Part shown: positions 38,017 to 49,710 of the stretch, one piece after another
How the letters are laid out: each line of letters opens with the position of its first letter
Position numbering within the stretch: the stretch's first letter is position 1
DNA from: Chiloscyllium plagiosum
Taxonomy: Eukaryota
DNA length: 64,000 bases
Assembly (NCBI RefSeq): GCF_004010195.1
Contig: NC_057718.1
Span: 49,050,021-49,114,020 of the forward strand
Direction of reading: 5' to 3'
Notes under the pieces: generated by a model
The model's input: only the letters and a program-made list of their open reading frames with translations
The model's database searches: none
Told to the model about the DNA's origin: nothing
Program-made: the position numbers and the translations under genes

Positions 38017-39438
38017 TTTATTTTGTAAACTTGCATCGCTGTACTCATTAAAATTATTTTTTTCTGATCAGAATTCTGATTGAATTCAGCATTTAATTTT
38101 AAATGCTCCCTAAACAAATCCATTCCTCACCAGTATAGCTTGCACTTCTACCTACAAGTTTAACCATCAATAAAACAACACTACAGCTGAATACAACCAT
38201 CTGTAAGCTTTGTTCAAGTCAAATAAATTAATCCAAACACTTGCTATATTGGACCAGTTTAGAAAGAGTTCATCTATCACCTCAGCCATTTGAACAACTG
38301 CAGCCGGTGGCAGGGGAAGAGTCTAAAAGCAGAGACAAATATTTAAACTTCACAAAGTGCATCTGGAAAACCAAGTCCTCACTCACCTTGCTATCCAGTC
38401 TAGTTATGCTATTTGGAAGAACTTAAAACTGGCAAATCTGATCTGATAAAGATAAATCGATTTTACATGAATTATAAGTATAAAATTGGATTTTGCAGGG
38501 GCTAAGGCGTGTTCATAAGTGTTGCATAATCCTGTTACTAAACATTTACTCTCAGAGGGTGGCTCATGTATGATTAACTGCTTTCACACTATTTGACAGG
38601 AATTAGCTTGATAGTGTGCAATTCAGATGGGTGTCCTTGTTGCTATGACAAATGTTGTTTTATATTAGTTTTACCAATCATACAATAGTCCACAGTTTTT
38701 CTTTTATAAAAAAATACACAGCCAATAATCAGATTGTGAAAAATATTAAATAACATTTTACTTTAACATTCTGATCCAACATATTTCAAAGAAGTTGCAT
38801 CAGTACATATGGTACTCTGACCAGAATCTGAACAAAAATTGCTTTTCATTGTTTTAATTCTCCCCCTAAGTTCGGAGTAGGTGCATGTTACTGTCTATTT
38901 ACATGAAGGAATAGGCACCCAGTTCCATCCATTTGGTATTTCACACGCAAATCAATTATTGCACAATAAGCCTCAAAAGGGCATGTAATTAATGAGACCA
39001 TTTTTAATTTAACTCCCAATATTCGCTTTAACCCTCATAGAAAAATATAACCGTCAACAGAACCTGAACATACAAAATCAGGTTTCACATTACATCTTTC
39101 TTCATTAGCTTAAATTGAGATTAGGAGCAGCCACGTGTGTTGGGTTTTGTCACTGCAACCAATCTGCTTTGGCAACCTTTGGATAGTTAAAAGGAGATTC
39201 CTTGAGTAGTCTCCAGACCATATCATCATCATCAACACTTTCTTCCCTTCACTTCACTTCACTTCCAGTTGTTTGCTGCTGTCTATGAACCTGCACAGAC
39301 CATCAACTGTATAACTCCACAAGTAATGACTGTGCAGTCAGTCAGTCTTAGGTTCTCAGTTCCAGCATTCTATAAGACACTGCAAAGCAGCGAGGGGATC
39401 ATTTTAAAAATAAACTACAAAAAGGCAGCCAGGTCATG
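38017..39438 (-). promoter_or_regulatory. Probable DUSP10 3' UTR with post-transcriptional motifs; 3' end uncertain
   Basis: Transposon-free AU-rich stretch after the stop. Minus-strand GTGCAATA (38957-38964), TGTAAATA (38896-38903), TTATTTAAT (38745-38753); AATAAA candidates at 38017-38022 and 37861-37866. Confidence 0.55.
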
Positions 39439-39909
<471 letters not shown>

Positions 39910-40183
39910 TTATTTGAAACTGCATATCTTTACCTTTCAGTCTTTGCCTTTCTATTTCCATTTATCTAATTGTATGTGTACAGGATTTTGAAAATGGCTG
40001 AAATTACTGCAACTTTATTTTTAGGTCATCAGCAAATCGGTGTTATCTTGGCCATTTATCAATATTAAACAAGATAATATTTGAACACTGGTCCTTTTGG
40101 GACTCTACACAGGACATTGTAGAGTGGCATTATCCATACCAACTGCCCATTTCCAAATTCTAATCAGTTTCTACTATGAATTG

Positions 40184-40515
40184 ACGGGTTAATAGACAAT
40201 ATCTTTTCCCTGAAGTGGGGGAGTCCAAAACTAGAGAGTATAGGTTTAGGGTGAAAGGGGAAACAAATTTAAAAAAAAAGGGACCTAAGAGACAACTTTC
40301 ATGCAGAGGTTAATGTGCAATGGAATGAGCAAGTGGTGGAGGCTGGTACAATTACAACATTTAAATTACAACATTATCTGGATGGGTATATGAATAGGAA
40401 GTGTTTAGAGGGATATGGGCCAAGTGCTGGCAAATGGGACTAGATTAGGTTAGATATCTGGTCAGCATGGACGAGTCGGACTGAAGAGTCTGTTTCCATT
40501 CTGTACATCCATGAC
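40184..40515 (+). mobile_element. CR1/HER1 3' end in the last DUSP10 intron (antisense to the gene)
   Basis: Collinear with about 12740-13070. Confidence 0.88.
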
Positions 40516-42897
40516 AAAATTCATATACCTTTTTGTTTAAGTAAAAGTTTATCATGTAGAAATTTGTCCAAGCTTTCTGAAAAAATGAAAGTTGAGCAGC
40601 AATATGGGCAAAATAGATTTTTGAGCCAACAAAAAGTAAAGAATATCTGCAGTAAATGACTGGCTTCATATAAAATGCCTCAAACTACAAAAAAAAAGAA
40701 ACTTTCATTTGAATTTAGCAACACATTCACCTGAAACATAATGGTTGGCATTTGACAAGGTCTTCAAAAAAACAATTTGTTCTTAATTTTTCAGAATTCA
40801 AAACATGGGCCTTGCTCTCCGTACCATTTATAACTAACCACCACGCAATTAAAAATGCCAACTTTACATATGGACTTAGAACAAATTTGAAAAGGAATTT
40901 CTGGTCTCGGAGATACAATACAGAGAGGTCTGGAACCAGTAGGGAAGCATTTATTTCCTGATCAAAGAAACATCTTTGCACTTGTCAAAATAACAACTAA
41001 ACCCACTCAACTCTAAAGCTCAACAACATTCCAGGTTTTCTGATCACTTCTGCCAAGCAAAATCTTAATGCACAATACTATCACTGATTATCAAGAGGTT
41101 CATAAGGGCAGTGCAGAATAAGTCTAACACATTTGGTAGGCTCAGTGAATGACATATCAAACAAACAGTCTACTCGAGCATAATAAATACAATCAATCCT
41201 GAATTTTAGATGCTGTAGCAATTGAGCAGCTGCAATAATCGTACGTGCTCACAGATAAAAGCAACAAAAACACAAACACTATGAAGAAGAAATCTCCAGC
41301 ACCAGTGACTTAGGGTACATAAAGCAGCTTTACAGAATATGAACTTAGAAATTTTGATTGACCTTGCAATTATTTGGTGCACTTACCACTGCAATTTATG
41401 GCAGGCTTTAATGTATATTGCTTCCTCTTAAAATAATAAAATGAACAATAAGACCTGCAGATGATGTTCCCTAGTCGATCAACAGTTTTAAAAAACCTTT
41501 CATTTCAATGCTACTGTTTAAATACATGCAGCAGCCTAATTGATAGCATTTTCCAATACACCGAATGGCAAGCCCTGCAAAGCAGCACTAGCAAACCACA
41601 AAGAGGAACTGATCTGAAATCTTCAGCCACATAGAAAATGCCGGACGGTGCAATGACATCTTGCTTGAGCCAAGCAAAACGACTTGCTAGCACGGAGAAG
41701 CATTCCGTATATAACCAGATAATCTAAAAAATGCCACACCAGCAATTTTCATCAGCAAGGGTCAAGTGGACAAAGTTGGGAGCTGCTGTCTCAACATTGC
41801 TGGCACCATTGCAGAGCCGCAATTTCATCTAGTCTGGAAGGAGTCATGAGGGACATTAGCACACACTCATGGTTTGTAGGTGGGAACGATGACAATTGGC
41901 AAGTGGTCAAAGGGAAGAACAGCTTTGAGAAAGTATAAAGTGCTTAGATATATCTAAAGTGTTATTCTTCATTGTAGAATTGCAGTTTCTGACCTGATGT
42001 GTGTAAGACTGAAATATCATCATGGCTTTGATATGTTCTTCCCCTTTGATGCTCAGCTCAGTCAGTTGTTCAGCTGTTTTAAAACCATAGCAGATAGCAG
42101 AGTTTTTAGCTGCATTCAAATAATTTAACAGATTCTGCTGAAAGAAGTTTGTTGACAGCTGTTCAGTGGAATCTATTAAGAATGCGTGGCTGACTTCCCA
42201 CCCATTAATGGATTCTGCTCATCAAGGGTTGTTGAAACAGCGGACAAGGGGAAGGGAAATGTGTACATTTTGATTGATTTAGGAGCTAAGAGAATAAATG
42301 TTGTGTAAGTAGATACTACAGAATGCTGGTTTACTTTGAAAGAAAGTTATGAGCTTCTCAAAGACTTCCCAATATTATAGGGCTTGTGAATTCGGTTTAT
42401 AGTGAATGTCAACTGAGAGATATTAGAGAGGTTAAAGATGGTATGGAATGGGGATGAAAGGCTGAGATTAGAGGTTCTCTGGGCTATCTTACTGAACAAA
42501 TGCAGACCTTTCAATCTGGCCACTTTTGAACTAGCCCACTTTCAGTAGCAGACCTGAATCCAAACTGACCCAGCTTCAAATTGATAAAATAGCACCGATG
42601 GGCACTCCCGATTGGGAGGTGGGATCGCAACACTGGGAAATCTCCCTGACTACACATCCCATCTGAAAGAAGAAAATCCAGCTCAGGGTACCAATTTCAA
42701 CATTTGCAACTACTGCCTTCAAGCACAACTTGTTTTCGGAGCAAAGTGCACTGAAGTGTAATTTTAAAGCATTGCAAACTTTCCTAATCCCGCCTTTTGA
42801 ACTGCACATTGTATTAAGGGGTCTTTGTCAACAGACACTTTGAATGTACCTTTGTTTCAAGAATATGAGAAAGAGTACACAGTAAAAAGAAAATTAC

Positions 42898-43266
42898 CAA
42901 TGAATTCAAAGGCCTCTTCGAAGTATTGCCTGAGATTCTGCTTGTTGCTATCAGTGGCAGGTAGCCGTTTGTAACGGAAGATACCTTTCTCGTAATGGTA
43001 AAGAGGCAGATGGGTAGTTACATTGATAATGTAGCCAACATTCATCCGCTGCATTTTTTCAATATCCTGAGCATCCTGCTCATTTCCAAGAAACAGGAAG
43101 GGTAGGATGGGGGTCAGCTCTGCATTTTCAATGTCAGGGGTAGTGGGGATGGACTGAGGTAGTTGAGTTGGAATTGCTGAGGCTGCCCCTGCATCTGGGC
43201 ACTCCTGAAGTTGCAGAGAATGATCACAGAGATTCTCGTGGTGTTGCTTGAAACTGCTATGTCCAC
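42898..43266 (-). CDS. DUSP10: DUSP10/MKP5 penultimate coding exon (end of rhodanese-like domain, linker, first half of DSP catalytic domain)
   Basis: Translates as [22 protein letters not shown]...[29 protein letters not shown]...[25 protein letters not shown], recognisably vertebrate DUSP10. Polypyrimidine tract plus AG acceptor at 43268-43267, GTAATT donor from 42897; 369 bp, phase 1-1. Confidence 0.97.
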
Positions 43267-45529
43267 CTTTGGAAAGAAAGAAAATAGAAGTTAGCCACTT
43301 GTAGAATTCCACGGCATTCCTCGTCCAGCAACTGTACTGTGCAATACTGCACAACTATCACTGCTCTCAAATAGGACATTTTGGCATTTTAGAAAAAAAA
43401 TGTAAAAAACCCTACTAGTTCTTCTATTGCAGCACCACACCCTGGCCATAAAAAGTACGTAACATAGAAGGAGACGATTCAATACAATATTTCAGTCTGC
43501 TACAGCAATCCAGAATTTATCCCACTTTCATCCTGCTTTCTTCCCACAACCTTCATCTCCGTCCACTTCAGTTATTTATCAAACCTCAACCACGTGTTTC
43601 ATTACCGCCATGCTTTGCAAATGGACTTTTGTGCTCTTTTATACAAATACTGCAAATAAATTGGTCTGTGTGCCTTTTATCAAGTAACCCCCAATAACAA
43701 AATTAGCTACAGTGCCTTTTTTAAATACAGTGACAGATTAGTGTTAACAAGGATATGTAGGTCCAAACAGTGATCGATCAGATTACTCACTACCCTGTTT
43801 ATACCGGAACATTCTGGCCACTGCTGTCGGAGGGTCTTTAGATCGGCAACTGGAGACCCTTCCTTGCTTCAGTTTGCCGACCATTTTTGACGTGTAACTG
43901 AGTTCTATGGCATATTATGCCCCTTTTACCTTTGAGATACAACTGAGCATGAAGTAAGTTCTGTCCAATTATGCAGCATTAACTGGCCTAATTTTAAAGT
44001 GGGCCACAGGGGTTTTGATTTTTTTTTAAAAAAAAAGGAGCAAAAGCCCAATTCAATCTTTTGTTTTCACTCCTGATTCCACACAAACATTCTGATGTCC
44101 AGAGATTTTTGCGGGACCGTGACCTTGGGTTCACTTCCCGACTCCAATTGCCAGTGTACTCCATATAGGACCCAGCTGGTCCTTTAGTGGAATGTATTAC
44201 TATGGCAGTCACAATGGATAAAGAGAAACAACTCCTAGTGGGTCACATACCATTCTGAACACTGCAACATGGGAAAGTTCCTGCTGGAATAATGTACAAT
44301 GAAATAGTCTGTCTTGTAAATCTATAAATGATATGTTGCTACAGTATATCAGGCAGGGAATAAAAGCCAAGACCTTGAGTCTTCTGGTAATGGGCCTCAC
44401 TTTCAGACCTTGTGGCTATCAATGTTCAGATCCACAATTATGCCATTACAGAGTGACACAGGTTTCCTAGGTTTGAATTCCGCACAAGATCCTCAAATAT
44501 TAAACCAGCTGATCAGGGTCCCACAGGAACACAGACTTTAGCAGCAGAGTGTAGCGTTTCACAAGATGAAATCCTGCACAATGATACCACCATTGAGATT
44601 CTCTATCAACATTCCACCTGGAATAATAAGTTTAACTCCCAAACATACTGTACAACACATAGGTTAGACTGTAGCTGTTAAAAATCACTGTACTAGTGCA
44701 AGACTGCATTTGAAAATGGTCTATATGGAAGAATACCCATGAGAAGAAAACAGATTCTTGATATTACTCCAATATCTTGTACAACACGGGCAGTGCTTTG
44801 GACACAGGACTGCTTTCAGAACAGAAACTCAGTCGGTCCTGTGGCTTTAGGTTTCTTGGATATTTTCAATGAAAGCCTTTAACAACCTGAATTTTAATGT
44901 GTGACTGTTTTCTGTGGAATGCATTTGCAAAACGAAGATCATTCCTGTGGCTGTCAATTTATACTTAATTTCAGATAAATTGCTGCCTGTGTTTTTCGAA
45001 CACGTTTCTAGCCCAGTTTTCACACACTGCTGAACATTTTTACAGAATATCTAATATAGAATGAATGGATATGAAAACAAGTGAAGAACTCTAGTTCTTA
45101 CCATATTGGCTAGTAGTTGTCAATCAAATGAAAAGGAATTGTGGCCCTTGTATATTTATAATAATGGGCCATAATTTGTTGACAAAATAACAATGAGACG
45201 CATTAACACCAAAGAGTGCAGCATTTTTAGGGGTGGGGCACATGCCTGATTAAACTGAAGTGTCCAAGAAGGACTTCCAACATTAGCTTCACATAAAACA
45301 TCTTGCCAACTACCTCACAGTTAACATGCATTGTATAATAAGACCTTACTTTATCTGTGCAAAGATCTGATAGCTTTGATATGCCCACATCAGTCCAACA
45401 GTCCCTTTAACAATGCAATCACTAATCAACCTCACTCACACAGAACATTAATTAGTACAAGTATCGAATTGCATCTCTCATGTTTAAGAGGCATCAACAA
45501 TAACCAAATTTCAAATCCTTTCTTTAAGG

Positions 45530-45835
45530 CCATAAGAAATAGGATCAGGAGTAGACCATTGTGCTCGTCAAGCTTGCTCCGTCATTCATTAGACTTATGG
45601 TTGACCCAACATTCCTCATGGGCACTTTCCTGTGTTTCCCCATAACCCTCAACTCCCCTACTGATCAAGAATCTATCCCAGTCTTAAAATATACACAAGA
45701 ACTCTGGAACTCTTGCCACAGAGTTATGGGGAGCAAAGATTGTCAAGCTTCAGAGGAGAAATTCCTCACCTCCGTCTTAAACTGGCACCCCTTCATTCCT
45801 GAGATGATGCCCTCTGGTCATGGAGATTCTTTCCA
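45530..45835 (-). mobile_element. Older CR1 subfamily 3' end
   Basis: cataagaaataggatcaggagtagaccatt...gaagaaattcctc-like reverse 3' UTR. Confidence 0.7.
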
Positions 45836-46921
45836 CTGAAAATTTCCAATGTGCAGTTCCACTATGCCTGAAATCCTCCAAAAGACTTATTTCATCTGAA
45901 TTATTTGATTTTTAAATGAAATGAAATTGTCACTCAGAAAAAAAAGTTACGATTACATATGTAATCTAAATTCTGAACAGCTATTAAAAGATAGACTCCA
46001 TACTTGTTTCACACTCCGAGCACTGGGACCTGAAGGCCGGTCTCCAAACCCAACCCATATCCACTACCCTTCTCCATCCCCTTGAGATGCAATTGACACT
46101 GTCCTCTTCCCACACCCTGCAGACCAGACAGCAGCTGTAAAAGTGGCTGACGGCACTTCAATTTCAGAATATGGCAGCTGACCACTGTAGGCTTTTTAAA
46201 AAATGGAGTGTGGTCTGCCTTCTTCTGACAGGTTTACACTACGAACATTTGAGGGATCCAGAGTGAAATCTCCTCAGAAATGTGGAGATCACTTCTTCTG
46301 TAAAAAGACTGGAGTGGTAATGTGTGAGAAGCTACCACTCTGTGGAAAATGCACCCACAAAGTTCTTTCAAGTTTACAAGTTCTGTAACCATGTTTGGTT
46401 GATAATCACCTACACAAATGAATCCTCATGTCTATTTGAACTAATCTGGCTTAATTTCCAATGGCAAGAACCACAGCTACAGTTATCGCAGCGATTACCA
46501 GTCTGAAAATACAAAGCATATAGTTTCTTCACATATTCTATTTCTGAAGACAGATAAAATACCTGAAACTACAAAATGAAGCAGGTTAACCACAAGTCAT
46601 AAAGAGATGAGCATGCCATTTTACTCTTTACCGAGTTGTTGAAGTCCGTTATGATTCTCCTTGACAAGATTTTGGACATTACAAGCTACACAAATGAGGT
46701 TTGTGTCAAATTCCTGTTTCCAGAAGGCAGTTTAAAATATAGCTGATTTTACATTTACGGAAATGCTACTGTGTGATGACAATGTTATTCTGAATGAACA
46801 GAAAAAATTCTTCAAAGCGAAGTTCCAAGCAGGCCAGAAAAGTAAGAGAAAAACAAATGCATAACAAAACAAAGCAGCCATGCCCCCAGGCTCAAGACAT
46901 CTGAAGTGTCAGTAAAATGGT

Positions 46922-46991
46922 GGGGGAGGGGGAGGGTAGAGGGATAGAGAGAAGAGAGGGGAGAGGCGAAGAGGAGAGGAGGGGAGAGAAA
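46922..46991. repeat. Polypurine (G/A) low-complexity tract
   Basis: gggggagggggagggtagagggatagagagaagagagggg... Confidence 0.85.
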
Positions 46992-47345
46992 ATCAGGCTC
47001 CAGTGCCTACCCTGTAGGTTTCTCTACCTCATACTTATTCAGTTTTCCACTAAAAGCTGTAATGATCTCAGCCTCGCACTTCTGCCAAAAAACATTCAAC
47101 ATGCTTCAACAGCGCATGTAAAATAAAATCGTAAAATCAAATCTCCAACTGCAAGATGTTTGAACATAACTACCGCTCCCACAAATTCCTCAAATCATGA
47201 TTTTCCTTATCCTCCAAAGAGCATTAGCCAAAGTAAAGAATGACACTTGCTGGCTGTAATAACTGTACACTATTCATTTTTAAAAATCTTTTTGTTTTTA
47301 AACAGTCATTAAGCCACACCGTTGTCCTCCACATTATACAGCTTC

Positions 47346-47560
47346 TGTGTTGCTGGAAAAGCGCAGCAGGTCAGGCAGCATCCAGGGAACAGGAGAATCG
47401 ACGTTTCGGGCATAAGCCCTTCTTCAGCCCTGAAGAAGGGCTTATGCCCGAAACGTCGATTCTCCTGTTCCCTGGATGCTGCCTGACCTGCTGCGCTTTT
47501 CCAGCAACACATTTTCAGCTCTGATCTCCAGCATCTGCAGACCTCACTTTCTCCTCAAAG
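47346..47560. mobile_element. PLE family A perfect palindromic mini-element
   Basis: 82-bp arms 47346-47427 and 47430-47511 are perfectly complementary with a 2-nt loop; perfect TSD attatacagcttc at 47333-47345 and 47561-47573. Confidence 0.95.
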
Positions 47561-49496
47561 ATTATACAGCTTCATTTGACTTGGTCCACAGCATCTCAAG
47601 CTCAGGGTCTCGCGTCTCTCGTCATGACTCCAATATTTCATGTTGGCATTATGCTGATAAATTTACACCAGGTGTCCTCCCAATGGCTTTAACATTAACT
47701 CTTCATTCTGGGACACTGGGCTGTGCACCAATGATTTGCACAATGTTGTTAGCACTTCTTTATTAGGATTTCTAAAATATCATTGAATTTTTCCATAGTT
47801 TTATGTATTTTCACTCTCAGGAAATTATGTATCCAAAAACAGTGATCAGTCTTTTCTTCATTTATAGTTCCAAGAGTATTAAACCAATAATGAAACACAT
47901 TTTAAGAGACATCTAATAAAATAACAATTCAAGTATCAAAGTATTCTGTATAGTGCCATAAGTAGAGATCAGTTGATGTTGTTATCCATAAGCAGCCAAG
48001 GCTGCTCTAGCCATGTGTCTGGATTCAACAATAACCTTCCAGAAATTTCTTCAAAATCAATGTCAGCCAGACCATCAACACCCAAATACATCCTAATGGG
48101 TGTGGGATGATATAATCAGCTACAAGAAAAAACTCACATCAGAATTGCAAATCCCATAAGATGATGATGTGTTAAATGATTTTCTACATAGCCAACATGA
48201 TCCATTCCAGAGCTCATTTGAAATTTATCTCGATGGCAACTGCTTTATCTTCTAAAGGAGACCTGGTCATGTGACTCAGTATTTAACCCAACTGCCTGAA
48301 GTAGTATGCAATTTTTAAAAAAGTATCAGAGTTTAGTGGTCAGTTCTGCTTCATATTATATGTACTGACCAAAAAGATCCTTAATTCCAGACAACAAAAA
48401 GCAAAGCTCAGGGCCTGTTAAAAGCAACCATGAATCTGTTTTTTGTGCATTCTGCAAGTAAGTAAAGTAGAAGTCACATTGACAAAAAAAAAGGTTCTCT
48501 CAAAAGATCTGAAGAAATTTACAAAGAAACTCTACAATTCAAATGCTGGCTAGCCAATTCACGAAGCCCCAAATGAGATTTCAGACCAACTACAACAACT
48601 TTGGACTTTGACTTCATTGCAAAAGCAAAGACATCAATAAACTGTTTGCATTTAAGCTGACACTAATTACATACTCTCCTTTGATTTTGTACATTTGCAG
48701 ATGTTCATGTGTTGAAAGACACTGGCTGGGGAGGAGAGGAGTTCAAGTGTATGAAATAAATCCCAGTTCTGGTTTAACTCTACCAGAGTGGTTTTGTGGT
48801 CCTTACAAAAGTCTTAGGCCATAAGTAGATGAAGTTAGTAGGGTGCAGAAGAAAGAAGCATGAGAAGACAAAAATAAAATACAGTTGTTAAGAAAAAATA
48901 AAATTACCTGCTTACAAACAGGTGGAGAGAATAGGGAGGGAGATTTGCTTTGACACATTTCTACTCTGGACAAATATCATGACCCTAATTACCATCTGCT
49001 TTTAAAAAATGAGTTTGAAGTCCAGTTAACATCCAACTAGATAACTGTTTAATACATTCTATCTTTCAGTCTCACATGTACTTGCAATAACCTCTCATTG
49101 AAACATTTCCTGGTTTACTTTCTGAATTTGCTGGTGATGAGCTATTTGTTTTACCTTTTTTGTTTCATTGTGATTTTCATTTTTAATTAATAGAATATCA
49201 GAAAGCTAACAAGAGGAACTGATAGCTCAAATAATTATAACAGGAATATGGTGGAATTAATGCATGTTAATCATACAAAAGAGAAGTGAGTCATTACACT
49301 CCTCAACATGAACCTAAATCTCTTTGGACTTTTGTTTTTAGATTTTCACCATTCAACAGAACTGGGATCTACAAATTTAAAGCAAAACGAATGCCCCACA
49401 GTTAACTAGTGAAATTAATCCATTACAGTTTCATTTATGCACTTCATTCTTCTTGCAATTTTCTGTTCCAACTATGTTACACACTACAAATAAAAC

Positions 49497-49710
49497 AGTC
49501 AAGATTAGAGTGTGCTGGAAAAGCACAGCAGGTTAGGCAGCATCCGAGGAGCAGGAAAAAAAAAAACAAAAAACCAAACAAAAAAATAATTAGACGTTTC
49601 GGACAAAATGATTTTCCTGCTCCTTGGATGCTGCCTGACCTGCTGTGCTTTTCCAGCACCACTTTAATCTTGACTCTAATCTCCAGCATCTGCAGTTCTC
49701 ACTTTTGCCA
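49497..49710. mobile_element. PLE family A-related inverted pair with centre deleted
   Basis: Arms gtcaagattagag..gctggaaaagcacagcagg / cctgctgtgcttttccagc..taatcttgac; approximate TSD acaaataaaacagt. Confidence 0.85.

Noticed and set aside
47346..47560. MITE / DNA transposon reading of the palindromes
   Set aside because: The arms are asymmetric (one tail), TSD length varies, solo arms exist, and a longer copy carries a PLE endonuclease remnant.
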